Assembly (NCBI GenBank): GCA_039030515.1
Contig: JBCCEA010000014.1
Span: 1-64,000 of the forward strand
DNA length: 64,000 nt
Source of the DNA: Myxococcota bacterium
Lineage (GTDB): Bacteria; Myxococcota_A; Polyangia; Polyangiales; Houyiibacteriaceae
Direction of reading: 5' to 3'
A model generated the notes under the pieces. It did not search any database, was not told the DNA's origin, and saw only the letters and a list, made by a program, of their open reading frames with translations. This document shows positions 50,407 through 60,391 of the stretch, in pieces. Each line of letters opens with the position of its first letter. The first letter of the stretch is position 1. The translations under genes were made by a program, and so were the position numbers.

Positions 50407-51150
50407 CTAAGAACGATTCTCTCTCTTGTGTACGATATCTTTGGGATCGAGGGCGGCGACAAATGCCTCCATCGCACGGGAGACTACCGATTTGCTCTTG
50501 CCGTCAAAGGTTATCTTAGTCTCGTAGGACGGATCGCCCCATACGGGATAGCTGCCAATATCGACTTGCGGGTACGCTTGCGTGAGTCGATTCAACAAGG
50601 GCGCGAGCAAAGATTCGTTGCATTGAGTGAAAACTTCGTTCGTAGCGAATGCCTCACCCGTGTCTAGTGTCTCTCGAAGCAGCTCGAGTTTCTTTCGGAA
50701 CGCCTGCGGAACGCCCGGCATCACGAATACGTTCTCGACCCGGAGCGTAGGCCACATTTGATCGTCACCATGCACCAAGGTGGAGCCCTCCGGAATATCC
50801 GCCATTCGCAAATGAACTTCCGTAACAGCATCTCCATGGTGGGCTCGAATTCGCCGCTCGAGTTCCGGAGAGCGAGCAATCTCACGAGCGAAGTGTTGGG
50901 CGACTGCGGCTATGGTGACGTCATCATGGGTTGGTCCCACGCCGCCACTCGTAAATACCCAGTCGTAGTTCCCATCGAGGGTGGAGAGCTCGGATGCGAT
51001 GTCTTGCTCCGTATCCCGGCACATCACGACTCGGTGAAGCTCGATACCCCATCGGAACAACTGTTTTGCCAGGACCTGAAGGTTGCTCTCTTGGATTTTA
51101 CCAGTGAGCAGTTCGTTGCCGATGATGAGGAACGCTGCTGTAAGAGCCAT
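50407..51150 (-). CDS. CinA-like molybdopterin-binding domain protein
   Basis: IIGNELLTGKIQESN, TSGGVGPTHDDVT, VMPGVP, IGSYP. Confidence 0.9.
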   Translation of the reverse strand: MALTAAFLIIGNELLTGKIQESNLQVLAKQLFRWGIELHRVVMCRDTEQDIASELSTLDGNYDWVFTSGGVGPTHDDVTIAAVAQHFAREIARSPELERRIRAHHGDAVTEVHLRMADIPEGSTLVHGDDQMWPTLRVENVFVMPGVPQAFRKKLELLRETLDTGEAFATNEVFTQCNESLLAPLLNRLTQAYPQVDIGSYPVWGDPSYETKITFDGKSKSVVSRAMEAFVAALDPKDIVHKRENRS

Positions 51151-51341
51151 AATCATCCACCCTAGCACGCGGTTTTCCACCGCGGTGCCGGCACGACCTA
51201 AAATGGTGCGCGCGGTCTGTTGATCCCACTTAAGCGAGTGCCCACGAATCGGATCAGATCACGAGAAGAACAGAGGCACTCGGAAGAACCCAACATTCTG
51301 AGAAGCTCGACTTGATCGGCTTCAGGTGAGCTGCGCGTGCC

Positions 51342-51638
51342 TTAGAAGTCTGGGTCGTAGTCGAACTCGGGTTCCGGCGGCGCCGGGGCGGTGGCGTTCA
51401 TGCCGGCCCAGCTGGTTGCAAAGACCATAAGACCACCGACAAGCGCGCTGAGGAGATACATCCTACGTGGATGGTTCAGCTTGGCTAGTCCGAAGAATAC
51501 GATGTAGAGCGGAATGACAGCGCAGAGTAGGCCTTGAGAAACACTCTGACGGAATGCCATGACGACTAGTACGGCACCCGCAGCAAGAGAAATTAATCCT
51601 GAGAGCGCCAGTAGTGCATTGAACAGCAGATACATCAT
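51342..51638 (-). CDS. Small hypothetical membrane protein
   Basis: 98 aa with three hydrophobic segments; GGAG RBS. Confidence 0.7.
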   Translation of the reverse strand: MMYLLFNALLALSGLISLAAGAVLVVMAFRQSVSQGLLCAVIPLYIVFFGLAKLNHPRRMYLLSALVGGLMVFATSWAGMNATAPAPPEPEFDYDPDF

Positions 51639-51701
51639 CAGCTCCGAATTATCCTGGGTGGGCAGGGTTGAGTTTGAATCAGTGAAAGGTGCATTTTATC
51701 G

Positions 51702-52406
51702 CTACATAGATCTTGTCGCTACGTAGAGAGCAACGCCTGCGGCGACGGAAGCATTCAGGCTTTCCATCGGGCCTTCGAGCGGTATCCTGACAAGCTGCTC
51801 GCAGTGTGCTGCAACCAATCTTCTAAGCCCAGTACCCTCGGATCCGATGACAAGTGCTTTGGGGCGATTTGTGGTTTCTAGCAGCGAGAGGTCGCCGTTT
51901 CCTTCCGCTGCCAGTCCCAAAGTTTCGTATCCAGATTTGGAAAGATGAGCGAGCGTCCGTGAGATGTTACTTACGCGCGCGATGCAAGCGTACTCTGTGG
52001 CGCCCGTGGATGCACGCACGACTACCGGAGTGACTGGGCATGCCCTTCGCTGCTGGATGACGATGTGCTTTACTCCGAATGCGACCGAGCTTCGCACGAT
52101 CGCGCCAAAATTGTAGGGATCCGTAATACCGTCGAGTACGACGACTCGCGAGGGGGCCTCTTCAAGAAGTTGCGATATGTCCGCATAAGGATAGGGTCCG
52201 GCGATCGCAACCGCTCCTTGATGGCGAATCTCTGGAACCAGGCAGTCCAGTTCATGATCGGGCCGATGCTCCACCGGAATGCGGCGTTGATTGGCCAGCT
52301 TCTCTATATCTGGATGGTTTCGGGCTAGATATACCGCGGCGATCTCGAGTTGCTTCTGATTCAGTGCGGAGGTGACCGCTCGGATGCCTGCAATTTTACG
52401 AGGCAT
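51702..52406 (-). CDS. rlmB: 23S rRNA (G2251) 2'-O-methyltransferase, TrmH/SpoU family
   Basis: HQGAVA, LDGITDPYNFGAIVRS, GSEGTGLR, ESLNASVA. Confidence 0.9.
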   Translation of the reverse strand: MPRKIAGIRAVTSALNQKQLEIAAVYLARNHPDIEKLANQRRIPVEHRPDHELDCLVPEIRHQGAVAIAGPYPYADISQLLEEAPSRVVVLDGITDPYNFGAIVRSSVAFGVKHIVIQQRRACPVTPVVVRASTGATEYACIARVSNISRTLAHLSKSGYETLGLAAEGNGDLSLLETTNRPKALVIGSEGTGLRRLVAAHCEQLVRIPLEGPMESLNASVAAGVALYVATRSM

Positions 52407-52409
52407 TTT

Positions 52410-53138
52410 CTACGAGGCGTTGCGCGAGGAGGCGACTTCAATTTCGTTCAGGATAGATCGGGCGGACGCCAGAGGATCTGGGGCTTCTCGAATGGGACGC
52501 CCGACAACCAGCAGATCGGCACCATGTGTGATCGCTGTGGTTGCGGTCTCTGTGCGCTTCTGGTCGTCTGCGCTTCCGCCGGGATTGAGGCGGCGGATAC
52601 CTGGCGTGACTAAATGAGCTTCTGGCCCCAACTCTTGGCGCAGGGATGCGCATTCGAGGGGAGCGCATACAAAACCTCGAACTCCACAGTCAAACGATAC
52701 TCGTGCGAGTCGATGTGCTGCAGCGTTGGCGTTTCCCATCATCCCAATGGCTTCAAGGTCGGTATCCGAAAAGCTAGTAAGCACGGTGACTGCAAGTATT
52801 TTTGTATTTGCCTGTAATGTGCACGAAGCTGCTCTGCGCAGCGCTTCTGGTCCCGATGCGGCGTGGACCGTAACATAACGAACCTGGTGAGCGACTGCAG
52901 CGTGGACCGCACGTTCGACCGTGGCCGGGATATCGTGAATTTTGAGATCCAGAAAGCAGGCAACGTTTCGTTCAGCAAGGTCTTTCAGCAGCCTTGGACC
53001 TTCGCTGATGAATAGCTGGAGGCCTACCTTGAATACGCCGATCTCACTTTGAAGCGTGTCGACCCACCGAAGCGCTTCCTCACGGGAGTGTACATCGAGT
53101 GCGAACGCAATACGGTCGCGGGCGGATAAGTTCGTCAT
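52410..53138 (-). CDS. pyrF: Orotidine-5'-phosphate decarboxylase
   Basis: FALDV, KVG, FLDLKIHDIPATV, VTVLTS, VTPGIR, VVGRPI. Confidence 0.97.
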   Translation of the reverse strand: MTNLSARDRIAFALDVHSREEALRWVDTLQSEIGVFKVGLQLFISEGPRLLKDLAERNVACFLDLKIHDIPATVERAVHAAVAHQVRYVTVHAASGPEALRRAASCTLQANTKILAVTVLTSFSDTDLEAIGMMGNANAAAHRLARVSFDCGVRGFVCAPLECASLRQELGPEAHLVTPGIRRLNPGGSADDQKRTETATTAITHGADLLVVGRPIREAPDPLASARSILNEIEVASSRNAS

Positions 53139-53198
53139 CGGATTCTAAGGTCTACATAAGTAAGAAGGGGTGTCGGGCCGGAGCCCGCAACCTAGAAC

Positions 53199-53990
53199 CT
53201 ACAGCCCGTCGAGACCTGCTAACGGATCGTCGCTGATGCCGGTTGCTCGACTACCCATCGACGCAGCTCCCATATCGGCGCTTCGTTCATTCATCGTAGC
53301 GCTGTTTGCTCCCCGGGCTCGGGCCGCCCGAATCGCGGCAAGCCGTCGGGTTCGCGCTGTGCCCTCCGGTTGGCGTGTTTCTGCTTGGGCCGCGGCCTGT
53401 GCTTCAGCTTCTCGGCGTGCGTTTTCAGCCTCTTGCCGCGCATGCTCCGCCGCCTCGGCCTGCTCTCGCAACTCAGCCGCCTCTGCCGCTTGACGCTCGT
53501 GGTTGGCCCGCTCCTGATCCGCACGGGCCTCTGCCTCGGCAAGGCTTTGCGTGAATACATAGACTCCAGTGGCCCCGGCGCCCATGAGCACCAGCATCAA
53601 AAAGCCCAGGATCAACGGCGAGATGCCTTTTCGTTCCTGAGCTTTTAGTGCGGCCATTTCGCGTTCGTGGGCCAAGAGCGCTTCTTGCTCTTTTGCACGA
53701 GCTGCAGCCTCCGCCTCGAGTCGCACGCGAAGTTCATGCTCTTTTCGTTCACGTACCAGGCGCTCTTCTTCAGCGCGCACTGCACGGTCCTTGGCCACCC
53801 GCGCTTCTTCTGCCTCGCGAGTTCTGCGCTCCTCCTCCTCACGACGTCGGCGCATTGCCTCGGCACGTGCCTCTTCGGCCGCTTTTGCTTGTCGAAGTGC
53901 TTCGTCTTCCTCAGCCTGGATGCGATCTGCCTCAAGGGACATCAGTTCCTTGAGGTTAAAGAGTACAGAGGATTCCTTGTCGTCAGGCAT
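53199..53990 (-). CDS. Coiled-coil, single-TM protein (myxobacterial TolA-like)
   Basis: N-terminal ESSVLFNLKELM, long E/R/A coiled coil, one TM helix, second coiled coil. Confidence 0.75.
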   Translation of the reverse strand: MPDDKESSVLFNLKELMSLEADRIQAEEDEALRQAKAAEEARAEAMRRRREEEERRTREAEEARVAKDRAVRAEEERLVRERKEHELRVRLEAEAAARAKEQEALLAHEREMAALKAQERKGISPLILGFLMLVLMGAGATGVYVFTQSLAEAEARADQERANHERQAAEAAELREQAEAAEHARQEAENARREAEAQAAAQAETRQPEGTARTRRLAAIRAARARGANSATMNERSADMGAASMGSRATGISDDPLAGLDGL

Positions 53991-54217
53991 CAGAATGGAC
54001 TCTCTCTGGGCATCAGAAGAAAGATTACTCGAATACCACAAAAAAGTAGCAGTTGTGGGTCGGTATTGTCAATGAAGAGCAGCGCACGAAAAGAGTCAGG
54101 GTTGATCTCAAACTCCTCGAAATCATTGGTGCTCCAGCGGGTAACGCTGCGAGTTGGTTCAGCCAAGAGAAATGTAATCTAGACAACGTCTCAGCCTATC
54201 GAATCTCTACTTCCGCC

Positions 54218-55231
54218 TCATTCTCGCCAAAAGAGTTTCCAAGGGTTGTGTTTCAGATCGCGGAGCATTTCCTGGATATCGTCGTAAAGCTCTTCGTCCA
54301 TCATAAGCGCCCCCACGGTGCCTTCACCCGAACGGACATGCGAAACGATCGCTTGAGCATCTCCCAGTGTCCCCTGCGCAGTCCGAGTGAGCTGAGAGAT
54401 GTCTGCAATGGTGTTTTGCAGCTGAAGTTGTTGATCAGGGCCGATCACATCCAGAACGCCGTTTGCTTTCGTGGTGGTTTCGCGGACTGCAATCATGATC
54501 GGAGCGATGTCGCGGGCCACTGCCTGCATAGTCCGATCGATATTCGCGAGCGTGCGCTGTACTTCGGCGCCGTCGATCGTCTCTCGTGCAGTATTCATCA
54601 GGGCAGAAGCTTCTCCTGTAGCCTCCTCAACATTTTGAATGATACGTGCAAGCTGAGGCCTATGCTCGGTGAGAAGCTGGTTGACCGATCGAAGAATACC
54701 TCCAAGGTTTTCGAGCATCTCCTTCAGTTGCCCACGATGGTTTCGGAAAAGGCCGACCATATTGTCCAAGAGCTCGTAGGCGAGAGCCATTGCAAGGTCC
54801 AACCGAGGCGGGTCGACGCCGACCACTACGGCATCCTCAGCCAGCACCGGACGTTCGTAGCTTCCAGGGTCGATGGCGATAAGACTTTCTCCAAGCAGAC
54901 TTTGGGAAGTGACGTAAAAGAGTGCATCTTCATGGACTGTGTCGCGCACCGATTGATCGATAGCTAGCTTGACGCGAATCAGAGCACGGGTTCCGGTTCG
55001 CGGATCAAGGGCTCCGCCTCGATACTCGATCGCGTCGACCGAACCCACCTTGAGACTGCCGATCTGGACAGGAGCGCCCGGTTTGATACTTCCGGGATTA
55101 TCGAAGTCGACGTAGACCGTGTACTTTGCGGAGAAGTCAAATCCACCAAGGGTAAAAACAAAGCTCACGAGCAGTCCCAGGGCTGCCAGCACGAGCAATC
55201 CAACTCGGATTTCGAGAGAGAGGCCTTTCAT
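54218..55231 (-). CDS. mlaD: MCE/MlaD family protein with long helical extension
   Basis: EIRVGLLV TM, FDNPGSIKPGAPVQIGSLKVGSV, SLLGE, GEGTVGAL, NPW terminus. Confidence 0.92.
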   Translation of the reverse strand: MKGLSLEIRVGLLVLAALGLLVSFVFTLGGFDFSAKYTVYVDFDNPGSIKPGAPVQIGSLKVGSVDAIEYRGGALDPRTGTRALIRVKLAIDQSVRDTVHEDALFYVTSQSLLGESLIAIDPGSYERPVLAEDAVVVGVDPPRLDLAMALAYELLDNMVGLFRNHRGQLKEMLENLGGILRSVNQLLTEHRPQLARIIQNVEEATGEASALMNTARETIDGAEVQRTLANIDRTMQAVARDIAPIMIAVRETTTKANGVLDVIGPDQQLQLQNTIADISQLTRTAQGTLGDAQAIVSHVRSGEGTVGALMMDEELYDDIQEMLRDLKHNPWKLFWRE

Positions 55232-55974
55232 ACTTCCATCGGTCCTTCGGCCTGGCCGTTGATAAACTGCTGCACGACGGGATCGCCCGCCTTGCTAAAG
55301 TCTTCAGGTGTTCCAAGCAAGCGCACTTGCCCCTGATAGAGCATCGCGATCCGATCCGCGATCGAGAAGATGCTGACGAGGTCGTGGCTCACGACGATGC
55401 AGGTCACCCCGAGATCGCTCGACAGCCTACGGATCATCCGATCCACTCTTCTGGCGCTTACGGGATCAAGTGAAGTCGTAGGTTCGTCGAAAAGAACGTA
55501 TTTGGGTTGAAGGGTGAGTGCACGCGCGATGGCCACTCGTTTTCGCATGCCGTCCCCCAGTTCTGCGGGAAAAGCGTGGGCGAACTCCTGCATCTGAACC
55601 TGCTCGAGATATTGCGTTGCCTCTGAACGCGCGGCTTCAATTTCGAGGTGTTTATGTTTCCTCAGCGGCAGTGCAACGTTATCGAGGCAGTCGAGTGAGT
55701 CGAATAGAGTCGAATTCTGGAACACCATGGCGCAGCGTTTACGCACCTCAAAGAACTCTGTCTCGGTAAAGTCGGTGATGTCCTCTCCATCGAGGAAGAT
55801 CTGACCCCGATCCGGGTGAAGCAGTCCGATCAACTGCTTGATTAGAACGCTTTTGCCAGCTCCGGAGGCGCCTATGATAAAAAAGCACTCGGCATCTTGA
55901 ACTTGAATGTCGACGCCTCTGAGGATCTCCGCCTGTCCGAAAGACTTATAAACATCATGGAAGCTTATCGGCAT
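55228..55974 (-). CDS. mlaF: MlaF-type ABC ATPase (degenerate signature)
   Basis: GASGAGKS, FQNSTLFD, LGDGMRKR, FDEPT, SHD. Confidence 0.9.
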   Translation of the reverse strand: MPISFHDVYKSFGQAEILRGVDIQVQDAECFFIIGASGAGKSVLIKQLIGLLHPDRGQIFLDGEDITDFTETEFFEVRKRCAMVFQNSTLFDSLDCLDNVALPLRKHKHLEIEAARSEATQYLEQVQMQEFAHAFPAELGDGMRKRVAIARALTLQPKYVLFDEPTTSLDPVSARRVDRMIRRLSSDLGVTCIVVSHDLVSIFSIADRIAMLYQGQVRLLGTPEDFSKAGDPVVQQFINGQAEGPMEV

Positions 55975-55984
55975 GCGAGGCCTC

Positions 55985-56776
55985 TTAGGCGGGTAGCACC
56001 ACGTAGGAAACGGTGCTGATGAAGAAGTTGAGAACTATGATGGCAAAGCATGAGCCGACGACCGCGTCGGTAGTGGCTTGACCGACTCCTTGTGAACCTC
56101 CGAAGGTAGCGAGTCCTCGATGTGAGGATACGATAGCGATCGCCGCTCCGTATGCGACGCATTTGATCAAGCCGACTGCAAGATCGCCCCAGGTGACCAA
56201 GTCGTAGTTTAGAAAACTACGGAAGCTCACGCCAAACATCAGATGACTGACGAGCATTCCGGAGCCGAGCGCCGCAGCACCCGCGCAGATCAACACGGCT
56301 GTGCTCATGACCACCGAAGCGATGAAGCGAGGCACGACGAGGTAGTCTACGGGTTCTGCAGCGGTCATGCGCAGCGCATCGACCTGCTCGGTTACGACCA
56401 TCGAACCGATTTCTGCGGCAATTCCGGCCCCTACTCGGGTGGCAAGGGGCATCGCCCCGACTGACGCAGCGATGTCGCGTACCAGGAGTTTGATGTAGCT
56501 GGCGCCCAGCATACTGAGGTCGGGCAGCAATTTCTGCGATTGGGTCGCCGATTGATAGGTGATGATGGCGCCAATGAACCCCATCGTTATGTTCATGAAC
56601 AAAAACGAACGATTGCCTATCGCATACATTTGTGCGGCGATCGCTCCAGGCTCTCGTGTGCCCCGCACGCAGTAGTAAAGTGTTCGGGTCAGGAGATGAT
56701 AGAGCTCCATGACCCCTCCGAATCCACTACGGATCGCGCTGCCAAGATTCCATCCCCGTTGTTCGTTGGTCTTCAT
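55985..56776 (-). CDS. mlaE: MlaE-type ABC permease
   Basis: RVGAGIAAEIGSMVVTEQVDAL, YLVVPR, GVGQATT. Confidence 0.93.
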   Translation of the reverse strand: MKTNEQRGWNLGSAIRSGFGGVMELYHLLTRTLYYCVRGTREPGAIAAQMYAIGNRSFLFMNITMGFIGAIITYQSATQSQKLLPDLSMLGASYIKLLVRDIAASVGAMPLATRVGAGIAAEIGSMVVTEQVDALRMTAAEPVDYLVVPRFIASVVMSTAVLICAGAAALGSGMLVSHLMFGVSFRSFLNYDLVTWGDLAVGLIKCVAYGAAIAIVSSHRGLATFGGSQGVGQATTDAVVGSCFAIIVLNFFISTVSYVVLPA

Positions 56777-56788
56777 ACGCAGCAGGTT

Positions 56789-57574
56789 TCAACCGAGGAT
56801 GAAAGTACAGAGGTAGTCGACGATAAAAATGCCGGCGGCAGCAGCGACCACCGCCGCGTTAACACCGCGACCTACGCCGGGCGCGCCACCACGTACCGTG
56901 AGCCCAAAGTGACAGGAAGTAAGCGCAATAAGTCCGCCGAATAGAGTGCTCTTAATCAAGCCGCTGAAAAGATCCCACGTTTCGATCATCGTGGAGACGG
57001 AGTTCCAGAAGGTGCGTGGGCTAACATCGAGAAGTACATAGCCGGTGAGCATGGAACCCAAAAGAGCGACGGCGTCACCCAGTATAGTGAGTGCAAATAG
57101 GGTAAAGACCATGGAGATCAATCGCGGCAGCACGAGGTAATTGATCGGATCGATAGCCAATGCACGAAGCGCGTCGATTTGTTCGGTGACCACCATGGTG
57201 CCAAGTTCCGCAGCGTTGTTGGCGCCCACGCGGCCGTTGAAAATGAGGGCGATGAGCAGTGGGCCTACCTCACGAAACGTGGTGTAGGTGGCTCCCCATC
57301 CTACCCATTCGCGTGCGTTGAATCGCACCAAAAGAGGGGCTGCCTGAACGACCATGATCGCTCCGGTGAATGCGGCTGTCGCCATGACGATCGGCACGGA
57401 GCGTACACCCATAAGATGCAAGTTGCGGATGAGTTCGTGTCGGTCGATACGGGGCCGGATAAGTCGGGCGACAATGCGAGCCAACAGCAACGCGAGTCCG
57501 CCGATCTGATGGGCGAGTATGAGGGTGGATGCGCCCAGCCTGATCGGGATCACCAAAGGAGAGGGGCGGTTCAT
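56789..57574 (-). CDS. mlaE: MlaE-type ABC permease
   Basis: REVGP, GRVGANNAAELGTMVVTEQIDAL, YLVLPR, GGAPGVG. Confidence 0.93.
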   Translation of the reverse strand: MNRPSPLVIPIRLGASTLILAHQIGGLALLLARIVARLIRPRIDRHELIRNLHLMGVRSVPIVMATAAFTGAIMVVQAAPLLVRFNAREWVGWGATYTTFREVGPLLIALIFNGRVGANNAAELGTMVVTEQIDALRALAIDPINYLVLPRLISMVFTLFALTILGDAVALLGSMLTGYVLLDVSPRTFWNSVSTMIETWDLFSGLIKSTLFGGLIALTSCHFGLTVRGGAPGVGRGVNAAVVAAAAGIFIVDYLCTFILG

Positions 57575-58305
57575 AGGGGACCCTCCGTGTGCCCGTGGAC
57601 AAACTGAAGTACGCGTGGATCGTCAGCACGTTGCGCTTCTTCGGCTGTGCCTTCGAATATGAGCTCCCCTCGAAGAAGCATGCCCACGCGGTCCGCGATG
57701 GTCATCACCCCGGCTACGTCACTTGAGATCACCACGACGGTAGCCCCAACCTCACGTTGATCTGCAAGGATCAAGTCGTAGATCTTTTGGCTCGTCACCG
57801 GGTCGAGTCCCGCGGTAGGTTCGTCGTAAAGGCGAATCGGGGGTTTGGTCACCGTTGCGCGGGCGAATCCTACCCGTTTTTTCTGCCCACCTGAAAGTTG
57901 TCGAATATCTCGATCCTGAAATCCGCTCAGATTAACTCGCTCCAATCGCTCGGCCACACGATGCGCTACTTCGTTGTCGCTAAGGTTCAACAGGCGGCGC
58001 AAAGGGAAGGCGATGTTCTGGCCGACCGTAAGAAAGTCGAAAAGTGCGTAGTTTTGAAACAGGTATCCCATTCGCTTTCTAAGTTCTGCGAGTTCGAATT
58101 CGTCCATCTGCGTGATCTCGCTTCTGTCGACTTCGATGGAACCATCGTCAATCGGCAAGAGCCCGGCGATCGACTTGAAAAGCACACTCTTTCCGCTCGC
58201 ACCCGGTCCGATCAGTGCAAAGACTTCGCCTTTTTTTATTTCTAGGGAAACGCCTTTGAGCACGTGGCGTCGGAATCGCTTGTGCACGCTTTGGACACGA
58301 ATCAC
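57571..58305 (-). CDS. mlaF: MlaF-type ABC ATPase (H-loop His replaced)
   Basis: GPGASGKS, FQNYALFD, LSGGQKKR, YDEPTAGLDP, ISSD. Confidence 0.9.
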   Translation of the reverse strand: MIRVQSVHKRFRRHVLKGVSLEIKKGEVFALIGPGASGKSVLFKSIAGLLPIDDGSIEVDRSEITQMDEFELAELRKRMGYLFQNYALFDFLTVGQNIAFPLRRLLNLSDNEVAHRVAERLERVNLSGFQDRDIRQLSGGQKKRVGFARATVTKPPIRLYDEPTAGLDPVTSQKIYDLILADQREVGATVVVISSDVAGVMTIADRVGMLLRGELIFEGTAEEAQRADDPRVLQFVHGHTEGPL

Positions 58306-58429
58306 GTCAGCAGCACCTTAGCTACCAGGACGGTCGAAGACACCTGATGCGTGCTCTTTCTCGTGAAAATCTCGTTTTCAGTCGTGTTTGTTCCGATTTG
58401 CGCGTTTTACGTTCCGAGAGTCATCGCGG

Positions 58430-60253
58430 TCATTGAACGCTAAAGCCGTAGCGTGCTCCCATTCGCGGTGCACCGAAGCTCGGAAATCGAATGCTCTGCA
58501 CCTTCGCTGAGATGCACGACTTGAAGGCAGGGCTTCCCTGTCTCGGGCTCGCGCCTAGAACGGAGCCGTCACTCGCGATGGCCAAGTCGATTTGAACGTT
58601 AGAGAGCTGCTTGCCCCGACGAAGCTCTTGCCCGACGCAGCTAAAGAGGGAATTGATGTGTCGGTTCATCACGGAGCTCACTTGGGCTCCCGAAAGTTGT
58701 CCACCTCCGCCAGACTTTGTGACGTCGCCGAATTCCACGACTTCATTCATCGCTTCCTCGTAGGATAGGCGTCCCTTTTTTCTTCGGGTGCCCTGTCTGG
58801 ACGCCCGCTTGCCCTGCCCACGTCGACCGGAGGTAGGAAGCACATTTGCGTTTCCGGTGATCTCCACCTCTCCAGACTCGTAGAGAGCGGCCTGGTCGTT
58901 TCGCGCCAAGGCGGTTTCCTCGCTTTCGCCTCGAGTGAGGACATATCTAAATATTCCTGCTCCAAAGAGCGCCAAAACGACTGAAGCGCCAACGACGATA
59001 GCGAACTTCGAGCGCCGCTCCTTACGCTCTGCAGATACAAGAGCAGCCTGCTGAGCCTGTGCAGCGCTCGATAGACGAAACTGTTCGACAAACCCTCGGA
59101 AGTCTGCAGCTTCTCCCACCGTCTGGCGCGCGCCAGTGTCCATATTGGTCAGGCCATGCTCTGCGCGAACTTCACCAGAAAGGATCATCTTAACCAGTTC
59201 GCGTCCGGAAAACGGTCCGTGGTCGAGACGGTCCTTCGCGATCATCCATCTAGGAGAACCGTCTTCGGAGATCGATTTGGCTAACGCCTTTAAGTCGGCC
59301 TCAGGACTGGACGGCCCAGAGTTGCGAGTCGTCCCAGAGGAGGGAGCATCGGCCTTTTTGGGTTTTGGGTTAGGAACCGAGCTCACCGATTCATCGTCCG
59401 AAACTCCGAACTCCGCGGCGAAATCGACCTTAGACTGGGTCGCCATCCAAGGATGTAACGCAGTGCGCAGTTCCTCGGGGGAGCTAAATCGTGCCTCGGG
59501 ATTTGCCGCCAGACACGCAACGAGTACCTGATCCAGCGTTTCGGAAGCCTCGGGATGGACCTGGGATGGGGGCATAAAACGTTCGGTTGGGGAGCGACCG
59601 GTAAGCAGCAAGTACATCAGGGTTCCAAGTCCGAAGATATCTGCCGGGAGCCGAGGTGCGTCACCGGCTCTCACCTCAGGGGCGAGGTAGGACTGTTCGA
59701 TCTGTCCGAGGGATGCTGCGCCTGCGCTGCGAACCACCGTGTGGCTTACCCCAAAATCGGACACCTTAATCTGCCCGAGAGAATCCAACCAAACGCTGCT
59801 CGGACGTAGCGCGCCGTGAGTGATCCCTGCTGCGTGTGCGCAATGGAGCGCGTCGCATACGCGTGAGATGATCTCAAAGCTGACCTCAAGAGAGATGTGC
59901 TCCCTCCGCTGCTCAGCGAGCTGCCCGAGGGTTTGACCTTCGATCCATTCGCTAGCGACGAAAGGCGTGCCGCTTGCGTCTGTGCCGACGCCATACGTGT
60001 CTGCAATATGGACGTGGCTCAAGGCTGCAGCTTTTCGACATTCCTCCCGCAACATGCTCATTCCGGCTTGCCCGAGCAATCCTTTGGCGAGTAGGCGAAG
60101 GGCAACACGCTTGCCCGTTTTCTCATCTACAGCTGATAAAACGATTCCAGTAGGATCCTCTGAAACCTCTGATTTTACGGCAAAGCGTCCGCCAATGAGC
60201 CTGCCTATTGGGCCTGTCTTGCCCTCGCTGTTGGCTACTGAGTTCGCAGACAT
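58430..60253 (-). CDS. Ser/Thr kinase-fold (pseudokinase) + GYF-like + TM + AgmX/PglI C-terminal-like protein
   Basis: VALRLL, HGALRPSSV, DFG, YLAPE, DIFGLG; WMIAKDRLDHGPFS; C-terminal IASDGSV...CISAKVQSIRFP. Confidence 0.85.
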   Translation of the reverse strand: MSANSVANSEGKTGPIGRLIGGRFAVKSEVSEDPTGIVLSAVDEKTGKRVALRLLAKGLLGQAGMSMLREECRKAAALSHVHIADTYGVGTDASGTPFVASEWIEGQTLGQLAEQRREHISLEVSFEIISRVCDALHCAHAAGITHGALRPSSVWLDSLGQIKVSDFGVSHTVVRSAGAASLGQIEQSYLAPEVRAGDAPRLPADIFGLGTLMYLLLTGRSPTERFMPPSQVHPEASETLDQVLVACLAANPEARFSSPEELRTALHPWMATQSKVDFAAEFGVSDDESVSSVPNPKPKKADAPSSGTTRNSGPSSPEADLKALAKSISEDGSPRWMIAKDRLDHGPFSGRELVKMILSGEVRAEHGLTNMDTGARQTVGEAADFRGFVEQFRLSSAAQAQQAALVSAERKERRSKFAIVVGASVVLALFGAGIFRYVLTRGESEETALARNDQAALYESGEVEITGNANVLPTSGRRGQGKRASRQGTRRKKGRLSYEEAMNEVVEFGDVTKSGGGGQLSGAQVSSVMNRHINSLFSCVGQELRRGKQLSNVQIDLAIASDGSVLGASPRQGSPAFKSCISAKVQSIRFPSFGAPRMGARYGFSVQ

Positions 60254-60391
60254 CGAACAACGACTCCTGTTCGTCGAGGCTGTTTGTCGGGTCTGACTGG
60301 CGAGGATAGCATTGTCTCGCCGAGACGGGCTACGTCCCGGTGATGGAAACGAAACCCGCTTTGGTAGAGATGTCTCCGAGGATTTTTCTGC

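Noticed and set aside
54053..54967. Long antisense ORFs (also 28209-29084, 29628-30359, 35711-36439)
   Set aside because: These are shadow frames opposite well-supported genes, expected in GC-rich DNA.
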